Assembly: GCA_963847185.1 (NCBI GenBank)
Contig: CAWJYV010000001.1
Location: 192,001-256,000 of the forward strand
Direction: 5' to 3'
Length of the DNA stretch: 64,000 bases
DNA from: an uncultured Methanosarcinaceae archaeon
GTDB lineage: Archaea > Halobacteriota > Methanosarcinia > Methanosarcinales > Methanosarcinaceae
Part shown: piece after piece, positions 10,981 through 21,740 of the stretch
How the letters are laid out: the number at the start of each line of letters is the position of its first letter
Position numbering within the stretch: the stretch's first letter is position 1
The notes under the pieces: model-generated
Database searches by the model: none
What the model saw: only the letters and a program-made list of their open reading frames with translations
What the model was told of the DNA's origin: nothing
Translations under genes and position numbers: made by a program

Positions 10981-11275
10981 TGAGCAGAACTAAATACAAA
11001 ACGTAAGTATTCAACCTGAGAAAAACGAGATCAATAGCAATCTAAATTAAGATGCAATCAGCAAATTTCAGTGGGCTGGTTCTCTTTAATTATGAGCTAT
11101 TGATCTTTTTTTTGGTTTTTGATTATTTTCTCTTTTTTCTCTGGAATACTATGAACCAAACTAACAATACAAACTCTGTTAGCTTCCTTCTCTGTAAATT
11201 TTCAAGAACCATCCAAGAGAGCAACAAAACATCAAAAAATGTTGTTGTTTCTTGTTTGGCAAGACGTCGCTACAT

Positions 11276-12538
11276 CTAGTGCATCGATTCCTAATTAATT
11301 CCTCTTTTTATACTATAATTTTTCCAGGCATTTCATCTCTTTCTTCCATTTTATATTTCCATGTAAAAATGACTGGCTTTTCGTTAATCTGATCTATATA
11401 TTGACTAATTCTTTCCCTTGATTCCTTTATCGATTCTACTCTTATTCCTCTCTTATTCCTCTCAGCAAGCTTCTTACCATTTTACTGAAAAAACTTTCAA
11501 TAATGTTTAACCACGAAGCATGTTTGGGTGTGAATATAAATTCAAATTTATCAGGAACAGTTTTCAGGTATTCTCAAGTTTCTATTGATGTATGTACTTT
11601 GTAATTATCCATCAGAATTTTGATTTTTTCTTTTGGATAAATTAACTCCAGTTCTTTAAGGAATTGTATGAATTCCCAGCTTTTATGTTTCTCAAATACT
11701 TTATAATGAATTTTTCCTGATATCAAATCAATTCCAGCTAATAGTGAAATAGTTCCATGTCTTTTGTATTCATAATCTCTTGCTATTGTGGAATAACGCC
11801 CTTCTACTGGCATAAGATCTGGATAAACATTGCCAATTGCTTGAATACCTGGTTTTTCATCGTAGGAATTAACCACTGTATTAATTTCTTCTTTTTCTCA
11901 TTTTTCCACTTAATTTTTTAGCCTCTCTATATGTGGCTAAGACATTGGCTGCTTTTTGATCAAACTCTGGATCAACTTTAGCAATATAAGAGCCAATTTT
12001 ATGCGGTTTTATATTACTTGCATTGAGAATCTTTGAAACTGTTCCTTGATTTATCTTCGATAAATCAGGATGCCTCTTCTTTAATACAATTTTCCCGGAT
12101 ATGTTTTACAAGAAGTCGCTGCGTCCATATTTCATGAGGATAACCAAAATCCTTTGGTTTCATACATGAAAGTGAGACTAAAAAAGCTCGTGATTCTGCA
12201 CTAATATCTTGAGGTCTTCCACTCCTGGATTTATCTACTAAGCCTTCTTTAACTCCAAGATCTAAGACTCTTTTTATCCATTTTCTCACAGTTTTGTAAT
12301 CTACTTTCAACTCTCTGGAGATTTCAGTATCGTTTTTTCCCTGATAGCTGAAAAGTACGATCTTGGATCTGTCAACAATGCTTGCAGCTTGGTTTCTAGA
12401 ACGACTTAACTTGGTTAGATAATCTAACTCTTTTTGAATGAGTAATAATTTGGGACGACGACTGATACGAGGCACAAAATAAGTTATAGATTAATTAAGA
12501 TATGTATTTATGGATTTAGATCAGAATCCAAGCACTAG
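11276..12538 (-). mobile_element. IS630-family element with degraded transposase
   Basis: IRs CTAGTGCATCGATTCCTAA (11276) and CTAGTGCTTGGATTCTGA (rc of right end); HTH ORF 12065-12475; DDE motifs YDEKPG, MDNYKVH, SWLNIIE spread over frames with two frameshifts and an in-frame TGA at 11574. Confidence 0.85.
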
Positions 12539-12901
12539 CTAATACTGGTAAACTTAATATATTTGTTAAAATTATTTTTATTTAGCTTCTTTTATAAAAG
12601 TACAATTTGTTTCTGGAGCGAATAATTTAGCTCTCATTTTGCTCGAATCTGTCCTATGCAAAGTTCACCAGGGAATATATAAAAGAGTAAAGATTTTTAC
12701 TGAGCTACAAAAAAGAAAGAGTTTAAATTCATAAGAACTTTCAGATTTTTAACAGGTGAATCTCGAAAATTAACTTTTCTTTTTCCTATTTAGATCGAAC
12801 CAGATTCCTCAAAAAAGGAAAATAAAGCTGGTTTTTCGTAAAAGAGACAAGATCCGATTTTCACATGTTTACTACAATGTCCTTCAGGAGAGGCGTGGAA
12901 T

Positions 12902-14251
12902 ATGATGGGTAAGTCAATAATTGCAGTATCGGATGTACATCTTGGAATGATTATTGGGGATAACAAACCTGAGAGCGAAAAACAGAGAGAATCCCAATTC
13001 ATGGATTTTCTTAATACCTTAGATTTCAGTAAAATCAGTGATTTCGTTCTCCTTGGAGATATACTGGATTTTTGGAGACATGACTACTTGAACGTAATTG
13101 ACGAGGAGAGTCGTTATGTGGACAAGTTAAGGGAACTAAAGAATAAGTATACTGAGACAAATTTTCATTATATTGCCGGGAATCACGATTATCACTTAAT
13201 CTGGCTTAAAGAAAATGGGGCTGATTATCCAACTGATATAAAAAAATCAGTTGTAATAAAGAGCAAAGATAGGGAATTCTATTTCACTCATGGATATCAA
13301 CTTGAAGTTCTAAGCTGGAAATTATATAAATCGATTCCTTTGTACGAAGAATTTTGTGAAAATATGTGTCTCGTCGGCGAAGACGGTAGCCAGATTGCAG
13401 ATAATCTGTGGAAACACTTTTTTGAAAAAATGAGTAACCCAAGAGAGTTAAGCACAGATAAGATAGGAACTCGTAAAGCTGTAGAACCTGAGCGCCTCTT
13501 TGAATTTTATGAGTCTGTATCTGATGTGACACCAAAAAGAACACTAGAAGAAATAGCGTGCAAATCAGAAGAGCTTTTAGCCCAAATCGAATCTTCGCAG
13601 ATTGAATTAGGAGAAGAGGTGCAAAAGATAGGGGAAAAAAAAGAAACAACTCGAGGCGGGGTCTCACGTGGTATAACAGCCACTCTACTGGATATAAAAG
13701 AACAGGCTAAAGATCTAAATGGAAAAGCAATAGATCTTAACGAAAAAATTGAACAATTAGACCTTCAAATTAGTCCTTTTGATCCTCCTGAAAAAAGGAT
13801 GAAAGAAAGGGAGGAAAAAATGAAAGATTTAAAAAAGAGTATAGAGGAGTTATCTGAACAAAAGGAGGAAAAAGTCGAGAGCTTAAAGAGGAGTATGGAA
13901 GGGTTATCTAAACAAAGGGAAGAGACATGTCGTGATCTGAAAGAAAAATGTAACTTGAATTCTCTTTTTGGACCTCTTCGTGATCTTTATGAATTGCTTC
14001 GTGATCTAGTAATTCCAAAACATGTTGATTACTTTACTATTAAAGAAATAGCTGAATCTAATTCTCGACATAATATGTTCGGAATTAAAAAAGATCAATA
14101 TCTCATATATGGCCATACTCACAAAGCATATGTTAACGAGGATAGAAAAGTTGCAAACACTGGCTGCTGGGGTATCCAGAATTCTGAAAAAAGAAACTTG
14201 TATATAGAAATAATTGATGACAACGTTACGATAATGAACTTTAATAAGTAA
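12902..14251 (+). CDS. Calcineurin-like metallophosphoesterase (LpxH-like) with large helical/coiled-coil insertion
   Basis: Motifs SDVHLG, GDILD, GNHD, HGY, GHTH, NTGCW; about 200 E/K/L-rich residues between the fourth and fifth motifs. Confidence 0.8.
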   Translation: MMGKSIIAVSDVHLGMIIGDNKPESEKQRESQFMDFLNTLDFSKISDFVLLGDILDFWRHDYLNVIDEESRYVDKLRELKNKYTETNFHYIAGNHDYHLIWLKENGADYPTDIKKSVVIKSKDREFYFTHGYQLEVLSWKLYKSIPLYEEFCENMCLVGEDGSQIADNLWKHFFEKMSNPRELSTDKIGTRKAVEPERLFEFYESVSDVTPKRTLEEIACKSEELLAQIESSQIELGEEVQKIGEKKETTRGGVSRGITATLLDIKEQAKDLNGKAIDLNEKIEQLDLQISPFDPPEKRMKEREEKMKDLKKSIEELSEQKEEKVESLKRSMEGLSKQREETCRDLKEKCNLNSLFGPLRDLYELLRDLVIPKHVDYFTIKEIAESNSRHNMFGIKKDQYLIYGHTHKAYVNEDRKVANTGCWGIQNSEKRNLYIEIIDDNVTIMNFNK

Positions 14252-14508
14252 GGCTCAGAAGAGTAGAAGTCTTAAAGTTCATAAGTTCGTTAGTTTAACT
14301 TAATTACAGCTCCGAATCTCATATATCCATCTATTTTTTTGAGTGATTCGTAATGTCCCGGTTTAACAGTTTCAGCTTCAATAGGCTCTCCTTTTTTAGA
14401 TTAAAAAGTTAGACCTAACGATTTCACATAGTTATCATTTTTGGCTATGATACAAAAAAGAGACACAGCAATAATTTAATAGATCAGCATGAATATATTA
14501 TAGAGAAA

Positions 14509-15654
14509 ATGCAACATTTCAAAAGTCTTGACTATCTTAAAAACTCGTATAATACTCGGATTTGCCAGCTCGTAGATGAAAGAAAAGCTGGAAAGAAATT
14601 AGTCGGCACTTTTTGTCTTTTTGTGCCTGACGAGATTATTTTTGCGGCTGACGCTGACCGTATAATACTTTGCGGGGGCAAAAATGACACTATATCCATA
14701 GCTGAGCAATATTTACCCAGGAATATCTGCCCCCTTGTCAAATCTTCCTTTGGTTCAATTGTCAATAACGGTTGCTCGGGAATAAAATCCTGCTCTCACT
14801 TTGGCATGGTAGATCTGATAGTTGCCGAGAATACCTGTGATAGTAAAAAGAAGATGTATGAATTATTGGGAGATTATATCCCAACCTATGTGATCGACCT
14901 TCCACAGAGACCGGACAGCCCTGAAGCTCTAAACTATTTTTTAGGAGAACTTAATAAATTTAAAGGTACTATAGAAGAGCTGACAGGCAATGAAATCACC
15001 TCTGAACGGTTAAAGAAGGAGATAAAGTCCTCGAACGAGACGAGACAGCTGCTTCACAGGCTCTTCGAGCTTCGAAAAATGGATCTGCCTCCCATCAGCG
15101 GCGTTGATATACTGAAAGTCATGCAAAAGCAGTATTTCCTGTCAGTGGAAGAGTTTAAAAAATTCCTTCGCATGCTGATTAACGAAGTAGAGAGGGTTAA
15201 GGTTGACTGGACACGCAAACCCAGAATAATGATCTCTGGTTGTCCTATGTCGAGCGGCAACACCAAGGTACCTGAGATAATAGAGAACAGAGGCGGCGTT
15301 ATTGTCGCTGAGGAAAGCTGCACTGGTACGAGGTCTTTCTGGGATCCAGTTGATGAGAGCAAAGACCCGATGCTTGCGCTGGCTGAACGTTATATTAAAA
15401 TACCCTGCTCCTGTATGAGTCCGAACGACAGACGTATAGACAATATTTTAGAACTTGTTAGAGAATTTAAAGTCGACGGGGTCGTATACTATACTCTGCA
15501 GTTCTGCCACGGATACAATATCGAGAAATATAAGGTACAGCAGGCTTTGAAGAAAGCCGGGATACCTATGCTTTTTATTGAGACGGATTACAGTAGTTCG
15601 GATATCGAGCAGATAGAGCTCAGAGTTGATGCATTTATGGAGATGCTTTCATGA
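14509..15654 (+). CDS. 2-hydroxyacyl-CoA dehydratase-family protein, double-cubane cluster reductase (DCCP)-like
   Basis: GTFCLFVPDEII, LPRNICPLVKS, ENTCDSKKK, ISGCP, EESCTG, PCSC, LQFCH, IETDY motifs; overlaps the activator gene (ATGA). Confidence 0.8.
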   Translation: MQHFKSLDYLKNSYNTRICQLVDERKAGKKLVGTFCLFVPDEIIFAADADRIILCGGKNDTISIAEQYLPRNICPLVKSSFGSIVNNGCSGIKSCSHFGMVDLIVAENTCDSKKKMYELLGDYIPTYVIDLPQRPDSPEALNYFLGELNKFKGTIEELTGNEITSERLKKEIKSSNETRQLLHRLFELRKMDLPPISGVDILKVMQKQYFLSVEEFKKFLRMLINEVERVKVDWTRKPRIMISGCPMSSGNTKVPEIIENRGGVIVAEESCTGTRSFWDPVDESKDPMLALAERYIKIPCSCMSPNDRRIDNILELVREFKVDGVVYYTLQFCHGYNIEKYKVQQALKKAGIPMLFIETDYSSSDIEQIELRVDAFMEMLS

Positions 15655-16412
15655 TCTCAGTTGGAATAGATGCGGGTTCGGCCACGACAAAGGCAGTCCT
15701 TGTCAACGGCGGCAAGAGAGTTATCCACTCAATATTGCCTACGGCATTCGATTTTATCTCAGCGGCAGAAAAGGCATATAAGGACGTGCTTGCCCGTGCA
15801 GGAGTTGACAAAAAAAATGTTGACTATGTATATGCAACCGGATACGGCAGAAATAGTATAAAGTTTGCCGACAAAGCTATAAGTGAGATCACTGCCCATG
15901 CCATGGGTGTATATCACCTGTATCCGGATGTTAATGGGATAATCGACATAGGAGGCCAGGACAGCAAGGTTATCTCTGTAATCAACGGCAGGGTAACCGA
16001 TTTCTTAATGAATGACAAATGCGCAGCTGGCACGGGCAAATTCTTAGAGTACACGGCAAGAGCTCTTGAAGTGCCAATAGAGGAACTGGGGAGTCTGGCG
16101 CTTGCTTCAAAAACACCTGCAGGTATAACAAGTATGTGTACTGTTTTTGCAGAATCCGAGGTTATATCTCTCCGTGCGAGAGGATTTACGAAAGAAGATA
16201 TCGCAGCTGGACTAGTTGAAAGTATTGCAAGGAGAGTTGCTGTCATGGCCCGACAATTAGGGCTAAAACGAAATGTTGCCTTTGTGGGAGGCGTGGCAAA
16301 AAATATTGGAATTAAAGCAGCGCTGGAAAAAGAGCTGGGTATATCGCTTTATGTACCTCCTGAACCTCAGATCACGGGAGCACTGGGGGCAGCACTTTAT
16401 GGCAGTAATTAA
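15651..16412 (+). CDS. ATP-dependent [4Fe-4S] activator (HgdC/BadFG family ASKHA ATPase)
   Basis: GIDAGSATTK, ATGYGR, IDIGGQDSK, MNDKCAAGTG, CTVFAESE, GGVAKN, GALGAA. Confidence 0.93.
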   Translation: MISVGIDAGSATTKAVLVNGGKRVIHSILPTAFDFISAAEKAYKDVLARAGVDKKNVDYVYATGYGRNSIKFADKAISEITAHAMGVYHLYPDVNGIIDIGGQDSKVISVINGRVTDFLMNDKCAAGTGKFLEYTARALEVPIEELGSLALASKTPAGITSMCTVFAESEVISLRARGFTKEDIAAGLVESIARRVAVMARQLGLKRNVAFVGGVAKNIGIKAALEKELGISLYVPPEPQITGALGAALYGSN

Positions 16413-16440
16413 AACAACACTCTAAAAGGGAGTAAATAAT

Positions 16441-16742
16441 GAGCCTATCCCAAAACCCATTTTTGTTCCCATATCCAATAGGAGTTTCATAACTACTTTA
16501 TAGATCGGTAGCTCGAGTGATTATTTTGAAACCGAGATTCAAAGAAGTGGTTCTCGATTTTTGGTGTCAGCCCAATATGAAAAAAGAATCCAAGGATATT
16601 ATTGAGACAGAAAACGGTGTGGATAAAAGTATCATTAATGAGCAGTAGCCTTACTGAGAGAAAGTATTAGAAAGTACTTTAAGTTATCGCAGATATATTC
16701 TATTTTTAGAAAGTTTATTCTGAATTTCTGGTTTTCGGGATT
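16441..16742. mobile_element. Degenerate non-autonomous element with GAGCYTATCCCAAAA-type end
   Basis: Left end GAGCCTATCCCAAAACC, decayed right end GGTTTTCGGGAT; same terminus seen at 42950-42964, 44605 and 45767. Confidence 0.45.
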
Positions 16743-17073
16743 AAAAACAGAGAAATTTTAAAACTTTATTTCTGCATACGTACTAAAATAATTTTCGATC
16801 ACTGATACAGTTACAGCCGCACATGGCAAGAATTAGATTGAAGTAAGTAATGAATTTAAAGGCTCGCTTCTCAAAGGCCTGTACAAACCCCCTTAATTAA
16901 ATCATAAAATCCAGTCTCTGAGGTAATGAGCTCAGGTACATATTCTGACAGTACGAAAAGAACTCTTTTGGTGGCGTAATCATATATTATTACATAGTAT
17001 ATTTTCATATATTATATATTACAAATGTATATATGATATAAATACATATACCCCGAAGTAACAGGAGAGATAC

Positions 17074-17499
17074 ATGACAGTGAAAATTGATAAGGAGTTG
17101 TACAAGTTTTACCATACTAATGGCCACAGTGTGCTTAGCATCTCCAAAATTATGGATGTAAAATATCAAACATTATGTGGTTGGGCTAGGCGAAACGGGT
17201 TTGTGTCTAATCCTGTGATGTTTGCGCGGGCCTGCTCGCGAATGTACGATAAAGGAGCAACAGACAGGGAAATCGCAGATGACACTCAGCATGACATAGT
17301 AAACGTGGTGATGTGGAGACGCAGAAGACATCTGCCGGCGAATGGGCAACTCAGGCTGCTTGATATATACTCGAAAATGCAAGAGCTATATGCTAGAGGA
17401 TATACCGATGAGCAGATCGCGAAATTTCTTGGGAAAAAGAGATATAATGTGGAGTATTGGCGGAGAAAACGTGGTCTTGAATCAAACAGAAACTGGTAA
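17074..17499 (+). CDS. Protein with three tandem HTH-like repeats
   Basis: Three units of pattern Y-x-x-G-x-(S/T)-(V/D)-x-x-I...W-x-R-(R/K); SD-like AGGAG upstream. Confidence 0.7.
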   Translation: MTVKIDKELYKFYHTNGHSVLSISKIMDVKYQTLCGWARRNGFVSNPVMFARACSRMYDKGATDREIADDTQHDIVNVVMWRRRRHLPANGQLRLLDIYSKMQELYARGYTDEQIAKFLGKKRYNVEYWRRKRGLESNRNW

Positions 17500-18176
17500 A
17501 CAGGTTGTTTTTAATCAAAAGTCGAGACGGTAAACAACAAACACGATTTTTGATTTCTATACTGACCTTCTGACAGTATATATTTTAAGAGGAAAATCTT
17601 GTAAATCCCGGAATTATGGTTTATCTCATGTACGAAACTTTTGAGGTTTTGTAGTTATACATATCACTTGCTTACTATTTATGGCTTTTTTGGTTGCTTA
17701 TATTCATTAATACACAACAATGTCTATATATAACTATAGATCGATAAATGCGCACGGATTTTTGAAAATATTGACTTGTGCCCTAGCAACAATAGGTCTT
17801 GCTTGTGTTTGTAACACATATGCATACCATGCATTGTAAAGAAGGTTGCTGTTTGTGTGGCCGGAATAGAAATAAAGAAGAAGAGAAAAAAAGAACTTGT
17901 TCAAGGTATGTCTCTAATCCTGTAAATATTAATCGAATATTAAATTTGACAAATGCTCATCATGTTTCATTGGCAACGTAAAATCGACCGACACCAGTGT
18001 TTATAAAGGAAATTTGGTGAAATTATCTTCACCAATCTGATATTTTCAGTAATTCTGGATCGATACTTTTCAGAGCCTTTTCAAAAAATTCATCCATTTT
18101 TTCCATACGCTCAGCCAATCTTTCCTCGACCATCTGATCTACCACTTACTCCATATATTGACTCATTAAAATAAAC

Positions 18177-18294
18177 TAGGACTTACGCGGTTGAACTGAA
18201 TAATCAACTGCGTTAAACCTTCAACTGTCCAAAATTTGGCTTTAACAGCAATGTTTAGTGCTCTTGATTTTGAACCTCAAGTGCGTAAGTCCTA
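18177..18294. mobile_element. MITE with TAGGACTTACGC terminal inverted repeats
   Basis: Perfect 12-bp IR TAGGACTTACGC / GCGTAAGTCCTA; decayed relatives sharing GTTGRACTGA..AATCAA at ~512-560 and ~18562-18615. Confidence 0.8.
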
Positions 18295-18770
18295 TAAACT
18301 ATTTGAAGAAAAACAATTCATGTAGCTTTCAGAAGAAAGTATTAACTACTTCTCAGGCTCTCTGTTAAAAGTAAGAATTAAAGGTACTTTGTTTATTTGT
18401 GCATGTTATCAAAGAATTTCACATTCATTTTGAAACTGAGTCTATTTTTTGTGTAATTAATTTAATGTAATTACGGGAACAATGGTATTTTACAGCAGAG
18501 CATTAGATTTTGTGGACTTTGTGATATAATGAGTTTACAATTAAGAGGCTGACATTACAAATAGAATCTACGCAGTTGGACTGAATAATCAATCGTACTA
18601 AAAGCCTAACTGTATGAAACGCGAAATTGATTACAACGTCTACTATATTTATTTTGTATTTCTGATGTCTATTTTCTGTTTCATTAAATTAGGATTTCTG
18701 CAGAGCTCAGATAAGTAGCTTTTTAAGCTGCAATGTAAGAGGCTCCTAGAATCAGGAGGGGTTAAGGGGG

Positions 18771-20855
18771 ATGAAGAGGAAGGGAGTAATATCAATATTC
18801 GCTTTGGGCATCGCACTAGTTAACGCTTTAACACTTGTAACTTTTGCTTCTTCTGAAACCTCAACGGGTAACACAAGCACTTCAGGATATGAGAAAGCTT
18901 TCGATCCAGATAGCATGAACCTCTCAGTAAAACCTGGAGAGGATTTTTATGAGTATGCTGAGGGAGCCTGGATAGAGAGCCATCCTGTGCCTGCGGACAA
19001 ATCCCGATACGGAGAGTTCGCAATAGTAAAGGACAGAAACTATAACTATGTCAAAGAAATAGTAGAAAGCGCAGCTAACAATACCTTTGCTCCTGAGGGA
19101 AGCCTCGAGCAGAAGATTGGCGAATTCTACCGCGTGGGAATGGATAATATTACTCTTGAAAAGCAGCATCTGGATCCTATCAAAGATGAGCTGGCGATGA
19201 TAGACAATATCTCCAACAACTCTAATCTCCAGGCCGTATCAACGCAAATGATGGATTACGGGATGGATCCCTTTTTCTCCATATACGCTGCGCCTGACAA
19301 GAAGAACAGCAAAGTCATGATCGCTACCCTTACCCAGGGAGGTCTAGGTCTTCCAGATAGAGATTTTTATCTTAGAAAGGACGAAGAGTCTATCAAGATC
19401 AGAGAACTGTACCTAACCCACGTTGCCAGGATGTTCATCTTTCTTGGAGATAGCCCAGAGATCGCTGACAATAATGCGAGAACCGTAATGAGGCTAGAAA
19501 CCAGGCTGGCCAACGCATCTTTCACCAATGTAGATGATCGTGACGAGGTCAAAACATATAATAAGATGAGCCTCGAAGAACTCCAGGCCTTTGCGCCGGG
19601 AATGAACTGGTCCTGCCTTTTCAGCGTTCTGGGCTGCCAGGACGTAACCGAGGCCAATGTCAGAAATCCATCCTTCTTCAAAGAGCTGAGCACTGCCCTT
19701 CAGGATGAGAGCATAGCTGACTGGAAGACCTTCCTTCGCTGGAAGCTGATCTTAGCCGCGTCTCCCTATCTTAGCTCTGACATAGATGAGGAGCACTTTG
19801 ATTTTTATGAGAGGAAACTCAATGGCCAGCAGGAGATGGAGCCCCGCTGGAAAAGGGTCATCGATGCAGAAAACAGGGCTATAGGTGAGGTCATAGGCCG
19901 TGTTTATGTGGATAGATATTTTAACTCGAGCTCCAGGGCCAGAACGGAAGAGATGGTATCCAACCTGAAGAAAGCCTTCAGGGAAAGAATTCAAAACCTT
20001 GTATGGATGGAGCCTGAAACCAAGAAGAAAGCCCTCATAAAACTTGAGGCTGTGGACGTCCAGGTAGGTTATCCTGAAGAGTGGCTGAATTATTCGGAGC
20101 TCGAAGTGAAGAACGATTCATATGTCAGGAATGTCCTCAGGGCCTATAAATTCAGATTCCACTACGGCCCCTATGGTCTGGACAAAATAGGGAAGCCTGT
20201 AAATCGCAAACTCTGGGAAATGAACCCCCAGGAAACTAACGCCTATGCGGACTATAGTAAGAACATTATAGTCTTCCCGGCGGGAATTCTTCAGCCTCCC
20301 TTCTTCAACAAGGACGCCGATGACGCAGTCAACTACGGTGCAATAGGCTCCATTATAGGACACGAGATGATCCATCTCTTCGACAGCCAGGGCAGGAAAT
20401 TCGATGCAAGTGGAAATTTGACGGACTGGTGGACACCAAAAGATGCCGATAACTTCGACAAAAGTACTGGCGTTCTGGTGGAAGAGTACAATAGGTTTGA
20501 GGTTCTGCCGGGTCTGAACATCAACGGCGACCTGACCCTGCCTGAGAACGTAGCAGACTTTGGCGGATTGACCATGGCTTACCACGCCTATAAGCTCTCA
20601 TCTAAAGGAGATCCGGGGCCGATTGATGGATTCACCGGAGATCAGAGGTTCTTCTTAAGCTTCACCCAGATATGGAGGGAATCGCAAACGAGTCAATTTC
20701 TGAGGACACAAACACTAACCGATACCCATTCGCCCGCCAGGTTCAGGGTTAATGGCGCAGTCTTCAACGTGCCTGAGTTTTACGAGGTGTTCCCGAGCGT
20801 AAAAACAGAGGATAAACTCTACAGACCAGAGATCAAGAGACCGGTGATATGGTAA
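18771..20855 (+). CDS. Secreted M13-family (neprilysin/PepO-like) zinc metallopeptidase
   Basis: Signal peptide; PGEDFYEYA, NAY, FPAGILQPPFF, GHEMIHLFD (HExxH), ENVADFGG, HSP..FRVNG. Confidence 0.95.
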   Translation: MKRKGVISIFALGIALVNALTLVTFASSETSTGNTSTSGYEKAFDPDSMNLSVKPGEDFYEYAEGAWIESHPVPADKSRYGEFAIVKDRNYNYVKEIVESAANNTFAPEGSLEQKIGEFYRVGMDNITLEKQHLDPIKDELAMIDNISNNSNLQAVSTQMMDYGMDPFFSIYAAPDKKNSKVMIATLTQGGLGLPDRDFYLRKDEESIKIRELYLTHVARMFIFLGDSPEIADNNARTVMRLETRLANASFTNVDDRDEVKTYNKMSLEELQAFAPGMNWSCLFSVLGCQDVTEANVRNPSFFKELSTALQDESIADWKTFLRWKLILAASPYLSSDIDEEHFDFYERKLNGQQEMEPRWKRVIDAENRAIGEVIGRVYVDRYFNSSSRARTEEMVSNLKKAFRERIQNLVWMEPETKKKALIKLEAVDVQVGYPEEWLNYSELEVKNDSYVRNVLRAYKFRFHYGPYGLDKIGKPVNRKLWEMNPQETNAYADYSKNIIVFPAGILQPPFFNKDADDAVNYGAIGSIIGHEMIHLFDSQGRKFDASGNLTDWWTPKDADNFDKSTGVLVEEYNRFEVLPGLNINGDLTLPENVADFGGLTMAYHAYKLSSKGDPGPIDGFTGDQRFFLSFTQIWRESQTSQFLRTQTLTDTHSPARFRVNGAVFNVPEFYEVFPSVKTEDKLYRPEIKRPVIW

Positions 20856-21022
20856 GAGTGATCATCGGCACCCATTTTTGAAAATAGTGAGCACAGGACT
20901 CTCTGATATCTCATTAAATTTCACATGAATTTTAAAAATCATAGATATGTAATACCTGATGAACTTACATATCAGCATTTTTACAGTCAATAAAAAGTAT
21001 TTATGCATAAGCATTTTTGCAG

Positions 21023-21607
21023 TCAGTAATAATATTTGCCAGAATTTTTTTTAGAAAGGTCTTTGTAATAATCAAAAAGTTCTTTGCCCCACTCAATAGC
21101 ATTACTTTCGGAACTCATCAGGAGTCTATAGTCAAGTTTTCCTTTTTTATCCCTGAGCAGGAGAGCCATAAATCTCTCTGTTACCGTAAGCGAAACAATG
21201 GACGAATTTCCATTATACACATAAAAATCCAGGTTTTCTGTTAATTGGGAGCCTCTTTGCTTCTTCGAAAACAAGCTGAAGACTTTTTCGGAAATATTTT
21301 TTGCGATAACAAAAGTGACGTTCTTATTCTTCTCCAAAAGATTAGGGTGAAGTCCTGAAAAAACAGGCTGGAAAAATGAGGAAAAATGCATAATCTCTCT
21401 GGATTTTGCGAGGTTATTTATGAATTCTTCAGGAGGCTCAAAAATCCAGTTAGGTTCAGGATCAATAACCTTACAGGAAGCTAATTTCCCAAGTTTTAAG
21501 CGCAAAGAAAAGGGGATTTCGGTCCAATTTTTCTGTGCCCGGTAATCAAAGATATATCCAAACGTTTTAATGGCTTCTGTAAGGGAATTTATTATTTTCA
21601 GCACCAT
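21023..21607 (-). pseudogene. 5'-truncated methanogen winged-helix regulator (DUF1724/FilR1-middle type)
   Basis: C-terminal signature LTVTERFMALLL...D.....S.ESNAIEWGKELFDYY; N-terminal HTH missing; in-frame TGA immediately upstream of the ATG. Confidence 0.65.
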
Positions 21608-21740
21608 TCACCCCATTATGAAAGATTTGTTTTGTATATTCATTCTTGACTGATTTATAGTCATTTTAAAACTTGCTTGTTTAAACATGTTTATTATTTA
21701 TTAGCTTTCCTATTTCTTCAAAGAAATTTTTTTGACGTAA

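Noticed and set aside
18030-18167. Short minus-strand helical peptide relic (VVDQMVEERLAERMEK...)
   Set aside because: Internal stop, too short and not assignable
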